A stretch of DNA of 64,000 nucleotides, taken from UHGV virus genome UHGV-0038492; one strand, 5' to 3'. This document shows positions 9,983 through 18,950 of this stretch, one piece after another. Position 1 is the first letter of the stretch; the number at the start of each line of letters is the position of its first letter. The stretch comes from a virus. A program made the translations under genes and the position numbers. Under the pieces are notes generated by a model that was given only the letters and a program-made list of their open reading frames with translations, made no database searches and was not told the origin of the DNA.

Positions 9983-11089
9983 ATGTTAGAAAAAACGTTT
10001 GAGACAAGCGTTGTCTCTTTCCTCTCCAGACTTCCCATGCTATTTCGTTCGCGTGCGGAGTCGACGGAGGAATTTAACTCCGTGCTCTATAATGAGCACA
10101 TTACCTTAGTCGAACAAAGCCTGCTGGGTTTAGATTACCTTCCGGGAATTCTGGAGAAAATCCAAGTTTTGCTGGCAGGAAACCAACTTACTGCAATCTC
10201 ACTGTTAACGGGTGTGCCTGACGTTGATATTATCGGTACACTGGATCAAGTAAGTACCCGTCGTAGCGCACTCGATAACGCAGTGCGTAGCGGCTCACGC
10301 TTAGCAGCACTGGCAGTCGGCGAATCTTCCCGCCTAGGATTACCATCATACGATAAAATCGGCATTGCTGTGGGTGAATGCGCCCGCCGTGTCGCACAGG
10401 AATCCAAAGGTTCCGTTACCGGTGGTAAAGCAGACCCGATTAAACAACTGTTCGATCAGGAAGGGCTGTCTAACGGGAAAATGTTCTCTGTAACGTTTGA
10501 ACGTGACGGTAATAAAGTCGAACTTCCAATGCGTTTACGTTTGGACGTTAAGTCTCTTCCGACTGAGCAGATTGAAACCCTGATTGCATTCAGCGACCAG
10601 ACGAAAACGTTCTGGGAACGTTGGCTGCGTGCGCGTGTAGGTGCACTGAGCTATGTTAAAGACATTGCGTTCTGTAACGACCTGGTAGAAGAATACCGTA
10701 AGAACCGTTATCGCGATAAGTCAGGTTACTATCGTAAGATGATGGAGAAGAAAAACGGCAACTGGCTGTCTGGCTTGCTGACGCTGGCACCGTCTATTAA
10801 TAACGCTTCTTCTGTCATGGTGGTTTCTCAAGACACTATCGACGGTCTGACTGCCCAGCTAGGCGGTGAGTTTGACGATTTCAATATTCGTCAGCGTGTC
10901 TTCAAAGACACCTTAACCGTCTATTACGTGGTAGTGGACACCGCGTGGAACCGCGTTACTATTTATACTCGTGGTCAGAACGGTTCTCAGGAACTTGATA
11001 AATCCGATTTCAGCAAAGCGAAGTCCGGTAGCGCTGATGTGAACAAAATCATTGAAGCGTATCGCTCTGGCGCACAGCCAGTTCTTTAA
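9983..11089 (+). CDS. hypothetical protein (368 aa)
   Basis: ORF diverging from the minus-strand gene only 26 nt away; start uncertain because SD spacing is short. Confidence 0.6.
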   Translation: MLEKTFETSVVSFLSRLPMLFRSRAESTEEFNSVLYNEHITLVEQSLLGLDYLPGILEKIQVLLAGNQLTAISLLTGVPDVDIIGTLDQVSTRRSALDNAVRSGSRLAALAVGESSRLGLPSYDKIGIAVGECARRVAQESKGSVTGGKADPIKQLFDQEGLSNGKMFSVTFERDGNKVELPMRLRLDVKSLPTEQIETLIAFSDQTKTFWERWLRARVGALSYVKDIAFCNDLVEEYRKNRYRDKSGYYRKMMEKKNGNWLSGLLTLAPSINNASSVMVVSQDTIDGLTAQLGGEFDDFNIRQRVFKDTLTVYYVVVDTAWNRVTIYTRGQNGSQELDKSDFSKAKSGSADVNKIIEAYRSGAQPVL

Positions 11090-11099
11090 GGGGTAAGGC

Positions 11100-12035
11100 A
11101 TGGCATTCCCGAATATGCTCGCTATGTTGTTGCCGAGCTTTGAAGCAACAAACTTGAAAAACCAGCTTTCGTCCAACTGCGATGCAATTGGCGAACAACT
11201 TTTACCACGTTTCCAGTCTTTACAAGAACTGGTAGCGTCGAAAGAAGGCAAACCGTTTAAATCGAAAACGGTACAAGAAATATCCGATGAAGTGGTTAAC
11301 TACCTGCGGACTTCCGGTCTGGAAGCCAAAGGTCTCCGCAATCCATCGATGTTAGAGTACATCGTTTCCTCGATGGAAAACGTGTTGCAGTTGCGTTCTT
11401 TCTTAGACCAATGTATTGCGCGTGACATTGGTAAATCGTTAGTCACGTCTTCAATGACGTTTAATAAATTAACGGTGCTCAGACTGCTTGACCTGATTGA
11501 TTTCTTCACAGGTTACAGTGCTACGTTACTTAACTACGTTACCGCAGAAGAGATTGCCGCTGTTGAAGGCTCGAATATTGAAGTGAAGGGCATCGGTCCG
11601 AATGACCTTCAATACCTCAATACTCGTTCGGTCTCTTACTGCATCGCCATCCGTGTTTTGGCAACGCCGGTAAATAAACTGAAAGCGGATTATGCCGAAA
11701 TCCCAGAAGCGATTTTCAACGACGAAACTTACGGTGAGTTGGTTCAGCAGTTCGGTTCGGGCTCGACTGACCCGCTGGGAATGAGCAGTGTACCGTTCCC
11801 GATCTCACTGATACTTCGCGTTCGTTTGAATATTGCTGAAAGGCAGATGGATAAATACGACGAGTGTGTAGAAGCAGCGAAAGCTGCGGAGTTGCGTATC
11901 CTGCTTTACAAAAAGCAAGTAGCGGAAGGTAAGGGAGATGCGCATATCGAAAAACTCATCGAGCTAAGTGAAAAGCATCTGTTGGAACTCAAGCATAAGC
12001 GTGAGCGTCTTGAGAAGAAATACGGTTTAGTGTAA
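11100..12035 (+). CDS. hypothetical protein (311 aa)
   Basis: ORF with RBS aaggggtaagg before ATG 11100. Confidence 0.6.
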   Translation: MAFPNMLAMLLPSFEATNLKNQLSSNCDAIGEQLLPRFQSLQELVASKEGKPFKSKTVQEISDEVVNYLRTSGLEAKGLRNPSMLEYIVSSMENVLQLRSFLDQCIARDIGKSLVTSSMTFNKLTVLRLLDLIDFFTGYSATLLNYVTAEEIAAVEGSNIEVKGIGPNDLQYLNTRSVSYCIAIRVLATPVNKLKADYAEIPEAIFNDETYGELVQQFGSGSTDPLGMSSVPFPISLILRVRLNIAERQMDKYDECVEAAKAAELRILLYKKQVAEGKGDAHIEKLIELSEKHLLELKHKRERLEKKYGLV

Positions 12036-12052
12036 ACCGTTAGGAGAGCCTC

Positions 12053-12613
12053 ATGTTTGAGCACGATAGTCCCGATTTTAATGTGGCCGTAGAGCGCATT
12101 AAAACCTATATGTCGATTTTATCAAAAAACCCAATCGACACACACGATGACGAGCTTATTCACAAAACGCTGGAAGCGTGTGCGGTTATATTGCCGTATT
12201 TTCGTCTGTTCGCTGCTGACTCTGTGCAGCAGGTATTATATGACGAATATCCGCAGGTCGGATTTACCTTTAATACGTTTTATAACGAAAGCGTAGCCTT
12301 CCTGCTTGATGGTAAACGACGCACCGTGACGTTAGGACAGTGGTCCGTATTGCTGTCGTCGTACATGAATGATGTTCGCAATACGAAGAACGTTGAACAG
12401 ACGGGCTCATTGGGTGCACGTCTTCTTGCTGCTGCGTTTGGTCGCCGGGGTACTGTACGTAATATGGGTTCCGCTCACCAGTCTGTTGAGTGTAGCAAAC
12501 GTCTTTTATCTTATGCAGACCATGAACTGCTGGCACGCTGGATGACACGCCCGAACGGGTTGTCCGACATGATCTCGTCGTTAGCAGTGTTTTTGAAAAT
12601 CGCACGTCCCTAA
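12053..12613 (+). CDS. hypothetical protein (186 aa)
   Basis: ORF with RBS aggagag before ATG 12053. Confidence 0.6.
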   Translation: MFEHDSPDFNVAVERIKTYMSILSKNPIDTHDDELIHKTLEACAVILPYFRLFAADSVQQVLYDEYPQVGFTFNTFYNESVAFLLDGKRRTVTLGQWSVLLSSYMNDVRNTKNVEQTGSLGARLLAAAFGRRGTVRNMGSAHQSVECSKRLLSYADHELLARWMTRPNGLSDMISSLAVFLKIARP

Positions 12614-12672
12614 GGGGGCCCCTCATTCTAGGGGCGTGTAATTGGGTTATATAACCAAAGGAAATAAACGAA

Positions 12673-13944
12673 ATGGCAAATTTCGCAAAAACTCGCGCCG
12701 CTCGTGAATCAATGGAAGCGGCCGATGAAGTAATCGACGGTATCAGCAACGTTGAACCGGCAGAAGAGAACCTGGACGTCCAGCTTGCAGAAGTAGCCTC
12801 TATGGATGGTGAACTGGATCAGCTGGAAACTGACGGTGAAACTTTGGCCGCCGATACTGAGCGTACTGAAGACGCTATCGATCAGGCGGAAGAAGCCGTT
12901 GCTAACGGTGAAGAAATGCCGGAAGAAGCGGTTGCCCTGCACGAAGTGGCCCAGGAATCCATCGCACGTCGTTGGTGCCTGGAACGTACCAAACTGGCTC
13001 GTGAATCCTATCGCCGTGGCCGTGGCATGACTGCTGCTGCGCAGGAAGGCTGGAAAGAAACCCTGAAAGATCTTTACGATCGTTTCATTCAGTTCTGTAA
13101 AGAAGTGATTGCGAAGATCAAAGACCTGAAACTGAAATATTTCAACGTCGGTAAGACCGCACAGAAACGTGCGAAGAAATATCAGGAAATGCTGCGTAAG
13201 CTGGGCAAACAGAAGAAAGATGAAATCTCTGGTGGCTTTATCACCAAGCTGTCGATCGAAGGTAAATTCGATGCTGCTGGCTCTATCGCTATTGCGAAAG
13301 AAGTTACCGCTGGCAAAGCTAAAGGTTCCATCAGTGTTCTGGAAAAACAAGCTGGTGAAGCTGTGACCGCTGTGAGCAAAGGTGACGACGACGCATTCAA
13401 AGCAATGCGTGGCGATCAGCCGGTAGAACTGTTTGGTAAAGCGGCTTCTAAACTGCACACTCTGCCGAACTTTGAAAAAGGTGATGCGTCCAAACTGCTG
13501 GCTCTGCCGGGCAACGCATACGTTCAGGCTGGTACTAAAGAACTGGCTGGCGGTCACAAGTTCACTGCAATTGCATTCATGAGCACCGGTGACGCGTCTG
13601 AAGATAAAGACGTGAAAACTCCGTCCGTTTCTGAAATGGCTGGCGCTGCTTCTGCTCTGGAAGCAATCGGTAAAGGCTTCGAAGCTGTACTGAAAGATTT
13701 CCGTGCTTATGACGCTGAAATCGTGAAGCTGCAACAGGCTGCTGAGAAAGCTGCTACCGCACTGAATACCGAAAAAGACCAGAGCAAGTGGGATGGCCTG
13801 CGTAATGCACGTCAAGCTGCTGATTGGTCTGTGAAGAACTACCAGACCCTGAACCGCGCCGTTAGCTATGTTGCTAACACCGTTATTAGCGGTCTGAACG
13901 GCTACCTGGGTGCTGGTATCGGTGCTTACGAAAAATCTAAATAA
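12673..13944 (+). CDS. abundant protein, paralog A of tandem pair (putative high-copy virion/head internal protein with acidic N-terminal region)
   Basis: Strong RBS aaggaaa; codon usage strongly biased (ctg, cgt, ggt, aaa, gaa); shares N-terminus MANF.K..ARESME, core RKLGKQKKDEISGGFI and C-terminus GLNGY..AGI.AYEK with the next gene. Confidence 0.55.
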   Translation: MANFAKTRAARESMEAADEVIDGISNVEPAEENLDVQLAEVASMDGELDQLETDGETLAADTERTEDAIDQAEEAVANGEEMPEEAVALHEVAQESIARRWCLERTKLARESYRRGRGMTAAAQEGWKETLKDLYDRFIQFCKEVIAKIKDLKLKYFNVGKTAQKRAKKYQEMLRKLGKQKKDEISGGFITKLSIEGKFDAAGSIAIAKEVTAGKAKGSISVLEKQAGEAVTAVSKGDDDAFKAMRGDQPVELFGKAASKLHTLPNFEKGDASKLLALPGNAYVQAGTKELAGGHKFTAIAFMSTGDASEDKDVKTPSVSEMAGAASALEAIGKGFEAVLKDFRAYDAEIVKLQQAAEKAATALNTEKDQSKWDGLRNARQAADWSVKNYQTLNRAVSYVANTVISGLNGYLGAGIGAYEKSK

Positions 13945-14026
13945 TCATTTAGATTCGTAGTTCCGTACAGTTCTTGAAATAAATCATCAGGGGAACAACG
14001 CGTTCCCCTTAGAGGAAAAGCTTAAA

Positions 14027-15292
14027 ATGGCGAATTTCTACAAAAACAAAATTGCTCGTGAGTCTATGGAGTCTACTTCTACTGTAGTTCCAGACGGCAT
14101 CGAACTGCCAGCAGAATCTGTAGAAGGTACTCTGGCCGATATCGAGCATGACACCAAACCGATCGAAGCAATGGACGCAGACGCAGAGCTGCTGGCCGAA
14201 GACGGCGACGAAACCGATGCTCAGCTGGAAGTCCTGGACGAAGCTCAGGCTGCTGCTGACGGTGAAGGCGCTGAAGACGGCGAAGAGCCGATGGACGCTG
14301 AAGAAGACATGCCGGACGACGCTGCTAAAGCGCTGGACGTTGCTCAGGAATCCATCCGTTCTCGCTGGAACTTCGAACACCGTTCTTCTGTTGCTCACGA
14401 ATCCTACGGTTCTCGTAACCGCCGTCAGGTTGCTCGTGAATCCCTGTGGGAAGACATTAAAGCCTTCATGAAACGTATCCTTGATTGGCTGAAAGAACAG
14501 GGTCGTAAGATCAAAGATCGTTGGCTGAAATTCCACAACCAGGGTAAATCTATCCAGGCGCGTGCGAAGAAAAACGACGCAATTATCCGTAAGCTGGGCA
14601 AACAGAAGAAAGATGAAATCTCTGGTGGTTTCATTAAATCTCTGTCCATCGACGGTAAGTTCGTTGGTGACGACTCCACGAAACTGAAAGGTATTCTGAC
14701 CCAGGTTTCCAGCTTCTATAGCTCTAAAATGCCTTCTATGGCTGCTAAAGCCTCTGCCATGGTTGAAGATGTTACTAAAGGTAACGGCGCTAAGATTGAA
14801 AACCTGAAAGCCGAGTTCGGTGAACTGGCTAAACAAGATAATCTTAAGAACTTCAAGCTCGGTAACATGGCTGTTAAGTCTGAGTACGATAACGAAGGCG
14901 GTTTCTCCACTACCTTCGTTGAGTCTGAAAACACCGTTGAAACCAGCGTGAAAACTCCGTCTGTTGGCGATCTGGCTAAACTCAATGCCTTCTTCAACGA
15001 AGTGGGTAAACAGATTGAGAAGAACGTTCAGGATTATCGTAAAGTTGAAAGCGCACGTAAGTCTTTCGAAGACAGCATCGATAAGCTGCTGAAAGAAATC
15101 GACAAAGTTAAGATCGATGAAAAACCGGAACTGACCGAAAACGTGCGTCGCGCTCGTCGTTACGTTACCAGTGTTAACCAGGCTCTGTCTCTGGGTGAGA
15201 AAGTTATTGCTTCTACTCAGAAACATCTGGCTAACGGTCTGAACGGTTATATCTCAGCAGGTATTGCCGCTTACGAAAAGACTAAAGCTTAA
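14027..15292 (+). CDS. abundant protein, paralog B of tandem pair
   Basis: Same features as paralog A; 41 nt identical to 13195-13235 at 14588-14628; acidic N-terminal region; terminator follows. Confidence 0.55.
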   Translation: MANFYKNKIARESMESTSTVVPDGIELPAESVEGTLADIEHDTKPIEAMDADAELLAEDGDETDAQLEVLDEAQAAADGEGAEDGEEPMDAEEDMPDDAAKALDVAQESIRSRWNFEHRSSVAHESYGSRNRRQVARESLWEDIKAFMKRILDWLKEQGRKIKDRWLKFHNQGKSIQARAKKNDAIIRKLGKQKKDEISGGFIKSLSIDGKFVGDDSTKLKGILTQVSSFYSSKMPSMAAKASAMVEDVTKGNGAKIENLKAEFGELAKQDNLKNFKLGNMAVKSEYDNEGGFSTTFVESENTVETSVKTPSVGDLAKLNAFFNEVGKQIEKNVQDYRKVESARKSFEDSIDKLLKEIDKVKIDEKPELTENVRRARRYVTSVNQALSLGEKVIASTQKHLANGLNGYISAGIAAYEKTKA

Positions 15293-15307
15293 CTGAACAG
15301 TTAGGCA

Positions 15308-15355
15308 AGAGAACCACCCTGTAATGGGGTGGTTCTCCCTTTTCTTTTTTTTTCG
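15308..15355 (+). terminator. Rho-independent terminator
   Basis: Stem agagaaccaccc / ggggtggttctc followed by ccttttcttttttttt. Confidence 0.8.
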
Positions 15356-15366
15356 ATTAAAAATAA

Positions 15367-15408
15367 TCTCAGATAGATATTACCTTAGTGAGATTACGCT
15401 GTAATCTT
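15367..15408 (+). promoter_or_regulatory. conserved promoter-like element copy 1 (AT-rich box TATATTAC-like + palindrome)
   Basis: tctcAGATAGATATTACCTTAGTGAGATTACgctGTAATCt; one of five related copies, each 20-40 nt upstream of an ATG with SD. Confidence 0.5.
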
Positions 15409-15443
15409 TTAACGACCTGTTTATTACGTTTAGGAGAATTATC

Positions 15444-15620
15444 ATGAACCGCTTCCAATCCAAGAAAGAATTCCAGACAACCGAAGACATGGTGGTCACT
15501 GTGGAAACACCAACCACTGATGTCGTTTGCTTAGTGACACCCATCATAGCGCACAAGAGAAAAGAAGTTTCTCAGTGCCCAGAGGTTCGGGCAGTAAAAC
15601 GTTTTATTAAAGCGCTATAA
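15444..15620 (+). CDS. small hypothetical protein (58 aa)
   Basis: RBS taggaga 7 nt before ATG; first ORF after promoter-like element; weak terminator follows. Confidence 0.4.
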   Translation: MNRFQSKKEFQTTEDMVVTVETPTTDVVCLVTPIIAHKRKEVSQCPEVRAVKRFIKAL

Positions 15621-15625
15621 TTGCT

Positions 15626-15654
15626 AAGCCCTTCGTAGAGGGCATTATTTTTTC
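15626..15654 (+). terminator. weak terminator-like hairpin + T-run
   Basis: Short stem gccct / agggc then attattttttc. Confidence 0.4.
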
Positions 15655-15673
15655 GACCTTTAGGAGAATAGAA

Positions 15674-16225
15674 ATGAACAAATTTAATATCTTAGACGCT
15701 AAAATCGTATCCGAGTCTTCTATTCAGCAAGAAATCTTTCGTGTTCAGTTCGGTGAGAAAGTTCTGAATATTCCGCGCCCAGTTATGATTGGCTTAGCGA
15801 TATTCGTTAACAACAGTCATTGCAACGGTTCGGCGTTGTCAGTTCTTGAGTACGGTAACTATCAGTTCTATATTCCAGAACACCTCGAGTATAACCGTTT
15901 TATTGAACTTAAACCGTTCTATAAGTTCATGCTTGATGCAGGGTATTCGATTCTAACCAAAACGTATATTCGTGACTACTCGAAGTTAGAATCTTTCTAT
16001 CGTGCCCGTGGTTTTCGTGTCCCACAACCGTTTGACGGATACCAGACACGTGTTGTGTTAACTGCACCGTTAACGAAAGAACTGGCTTCCTACAAACTGG
16101 ATATCGAGCAGAAACTGCTGCGTGACGACTTACTGAAAATCTATAACCAGTTGTCCGTGGTTCCTTCTTCAACTATCTCGAACATTGAACCAGAATACGG
16201 AATAAGACAATACATGGAAGGTTAA
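15674..16225 (+). CDS. hypothetical protein (183 aa)
   Basis: RBS taggagaa before ATG 15674. Confidence 0.6.
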   Translation: MNKFNILDAKIVSESSIQQEIFRVQFGEKVLNIPRPVMIGLAIFVNNSHCNGSALSVLEYGNYQFYIPEHLEYNRFIELKPFYKFMLDAGYSILTKTYIRDYSKLESFYRARGFRVPQPFDGYQTRVVLTAPLTKELASYKLDIEQKLLRDDLLKIYNQLSVVPSSTISNIEPEYGIRQYMEG

Positions 16226-16226
16226 G

Positions 16227-16532
16227 ATGAATCCGAGAGCCGACAGAATAGACGTGATACGTTTTGAAGAGTGTGAAACCGAGTACCAGGTTAAACGTAT
16301 CGAATTACGTTTAGTTATCCCTAAGCTAAACGAGCCTGAGTGGAACGGTGAGCTGATGGTACCGCTCGCCGAACCAATTAAAACGGGGGCAGGTGAGATT
16401 AATTATCTTCATTTAGAGGCGGCGGGTCGAAAAGTAACCGTTTGGCATCTTGCCGACGGTTACAAAACCAGTCAGCTTACACGTAAAGCTTTTATTCGGA
16501 AATTAAGAGAGTCGATGGGAGTTGTGAAATGA
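16227..16532 (+). CDS. hypothetical protein (101 aa)
   Basis: ORF starting 2 nt after previous stop; RBS ggaagg. Confidence 0.55.
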   Translation: MNPRADRIDVIRFEECETEYQVKRIELRLVIPKLNEPEWNGELMVPLAEPIKTGAGEINYLHLEAAGRKVTVWHLADGYKTSQLTRKAFIRKLRESMGVVK

Positions 16533-17065
16533 CAGTTACTGTATCTTTGATTGCAGCAGCGGGACTTAATAATGAAATAGGGAAAGACAATAAACTCCCT
16601 TGGCATATTCCCGATGACTTGAAGAACTTCAAAGCACTTACGTCAGGTAGGGTCATCGTGATGGGACGCAAGACGTGGGAATCGTTGGGGTATAAGCCCT
16701 TACCGAACCGACACCATGTTATCTTAACACGAAAACAAGGCGGTGTTCCTGATATCGACGGTGTGTTGAACCTTAAAGGTGATATGGGGTCGGTTATCGA
16801 GTTTCTCAAGAAAGAAGTTGTGGAGAAAGATTACCCGAAAGAAATCTTTATTATTGGCGGTGCAGAGATTTACCAACAAGCGATGCCTTATGCGGATAAG
16901 ATTTACTTGTCTCGTGTTGAGGTTAAGGTAGAGGGTGCGGATGCGTTCTTCCCTGAAATCGATCGCGATGAGTTTAAATTGACTTATAACTTAACACACT
17001 GCTCGAAACCAGAAAGTGGTATTCCGCGTTGGCATTATCAGATTTGGAAAAGAGATGGAAACTGA
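16529..17065 (+). CDS. frd: dihydrofolate reductase
   Basis: Translation SLIAAAGLNNEIGKDNKLPWHIPDDLKNFK...VIVMGRKTWESLG...IFIIGGAEIYQQAMP matches DHFR core motifs (compare E. coli FolA LIAALA..MPW..AD..WF, VIMGRHTWESIG, VIGGGRVYEQ). Confidence 0.93.
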   Translation: MTVTVSLIAAAGLNNEIGKDNKLPWHIPDDLKNFKALTSGRVIVMGRKTWESLGYKPLPNRHHVILTRKQGGVPDIDGVLNLKGDMGSVIEFLKKEVVEKDYPKEIFIIGGAEIYQQAMPYADKIYLSRVEVKVEGADAFFPEIDRDEFKLTYNLTHCSKPESGIPRWHYQIWKRDGN

Positions 17066-17351
17066 GTTTGTAACCTTAGAAAAACTCTTTTTAGGCAGCG
17101 TCGCGAAAAGGAAGATAGTCAGTTTCACTTGGAGCCGCACTCCCGTAAAATACGCGTTTCTACGTCGTTTACACTACGAGAAAAGCATCAAGCTGGTCTT
17201 GGTCGTGTTGTTCGAAAACAAACGCGGATTGTTGATTAATAATCATCGTTTTGCGGCGGAGATCTGGGCGACCACATCTGGCGGTGAGGAAGCGTCTGTT
17301 GGCTTTGCTAACGATAAGGTTATCTTTGAGGATATACCTTATCTGTTATAG
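17055..17351 (+). CDS. hypothetical protein (98 aa)
   Basis: ORF overlapping DHFR stop by 11 nt, start at METEFV; followed by a strong terminator; weak RBS. Confidence 0.35.
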   Translation: METEFVTLEKLFLGSVAKRKIVSFTWSRTPVKYAFLRRLHYEKSIKLVLVVLFENKRGLLINNHRFAAEIWATTSGGEEASVGFANDKVIFEDIPYLL

Positions 17352-17363
17352 CACAGATAAACA

Positions 17364-17400
17364 TAAAAGGGGACTTCGGTTCCCTTTTATTTTTTTTTTC
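17364..17400 (+). terminator. Rho-independent terminator
   Basis: aaaaggggacttcggttccctttt then a run of T. Confidence 0.75.
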
Positions 17401-17441
17401 ATTTCGCGCCTGTGATATGACTATAACGAAGGAACAAGCCA

Positions 17442-18950
17442 ATGCAACAGTATTTTGAAATTCCGTCGTTAGACGCGACCATTCGCAAACCAATAATCGA
17501 TGGCGTTATACAACGTGTACTTAATGAATCAGGTATTGATAAAGCAGCGGTTGTTTTCCTTGATGAATTCAATAGCGCGCATCAACCCGATTCCACGTTA
17601 GGCGACGGTACAGAAGTTGAGTACAGCTCGCCTGAAAAGGTGTATGTTGAAGTAGAAGAAGAACGCGATGAGTGGGCCAGAATCAATCGTCAGGTTGGTC
17701 AGCAAGCCGAACCGTACTTCTTTGAAAACTCCGTCGATCAGGTGCGTGCCTGGCCCGTTAGAACGATGTATAACGTAACGGTAACGTTACGACGTACCAG
17801 TGCTTCTCGTGATGAGTTATTGCGCTGGACAAACCGTTTGGACTCGTTAGTGGACATGGGTCGTTATTCGACAATGACCGAGTCAGAAGCGTTTTATTAT
17901 ATTCCGAAACCGGCACTGAAGTTATTGAATGCCTGTTATGTCGCCGCAGGGACTCGTGTACCGACGTTTGATGATTTTAAAGCCTATCTCAAAGCGTACT
18001 TTACACCCGACGTGTTCCGCGCTGCTAACGTTGCCGGTGGTCAGGAATCTATTGCGGTACGCTATGCACCTACTCGCTTAGAGACTGTATACGACGTTCA
18101 GACACCTGCCTGGGATAAAGACGAGAACCACTGGGAAGCCACATTCGTTGTGCGTTTCTCTTATCAACGTCCCGAAGAGATTGTGGTTTCGTATCCGTAT
18201 ATCATCAACCAGACACCGCTTCCTGATGAATACTGGCCAGAGATAGATCCACCGTGGGTGTCTAACGAAGAACTGGTGTATCGTCATCCGCAACAAAAGA
18301 ATCTCGATTCAACGTGGTGGATTAACGAAACCCGTCAGTATATTCGTTTACCGTATCTACTGTCGCCGACAGAACAGTTCCACCGTACACATTCCCCGTT
18401 AAAAGATAAACTCCTGCACGTCTTCGGTACAGACGTTGTATTCGATGAAGACAACATGAGTTCACCGAAAGTGTTATCTGTCGAGGATTTACCGTACGAG
18501 TGGAATCCAGATTTGTTGCCGTATATCGAACACTGTCGAGCAATAGACCCTACCGGGCAGACGGGTGTCTTCCGTGTAGAGCTGTTCGAAGAAGGACAAA
18601 TCATCGAACCCCGTTTCTATCATTGGGAAGACAATACCTTCTTTTTGAAAGGACGTGATTTAAAAGTTAACAAGAGTTACTACCTAACCGAATCGGTGAT
18701 GTTCGATTGGCGAGGGATGAACCTGTGGCCACTCCAGCTTTATCCTAAAGCCGCGAAAGTGTTGATAGAATGGTTGTTCCCGAAATGGGATGTACCGGAC
18801 TGGTGGTGGGATAAACCCGTATTACCGCCGAGTGTTATCGACGACATTAATAAACTGATTCCTAACGTAGAAGCCCGCGTCTTGCTGACGGTGCTGAACT
18901 CGACCGTGATTACCATGCGAGGGACAGAGAATGCTCAAAGCGAAGCGTGA
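17442..18950 (+). CDS. hypothetical protein (502 aa)
   Basis: Long ORF with RBS aaggaac before ATG 17442. Confidence 0.65.
   Translation: MQQYFEIPSLDATIRKPIIDGVIQRVLNESGIDKAAVVFLDEFNSAHQPDSTLGDGTEVEYSSPEKVYVEVEEERDEWARINRQVGQQAEPYFFENSVDQVRAWPVRTMYNVTVTLRRTSASRDELLRWTNRLDSLVDMGRYSTMTESEAFYYIPKPALKLLNACYVAAGTRVPTFDDFKAYLKAYFTPDVFRAANVAGGQESIAVRYAPTRLETVYDVQTPAWDKDENHWEATFVVRFSYQRPEEIVVSYPYIINQTPLPDEYWPEIDPPWVSNEELVYRHPQQKNLDSTWWINETRQYIRLPYLLSPTEQFHRTHSPLKDKLLHVFGTDVVFDEDNMSSPKVLSVEDLPYEWNPDLLPYIEHCRAIDPTGQTGVFRVELFEEGQIIEPRFYHWEDNTFFLKGRDLKVNKSYYLTESVMFDWRGMNLWPLQLYPKAAKVLIEWLFPKWDVPDWWWDKPVLPPSVIDDINKLIPNVEARVLLTVLNSTVITMRGTENAQSEA

Noticed and set aside
12709-13815. 368 aa minus-strand ORF antisense to paralog A (similar antisense ORFs at 14009-15226, 27223-27882, 28006-29280)
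   Set aside because: These lie entirely inside strongly codon-biased + strand genes; codon bias depletes antisense stops, so they are shadow ORFs. They have no RBS and repetitive low-complexity translations.
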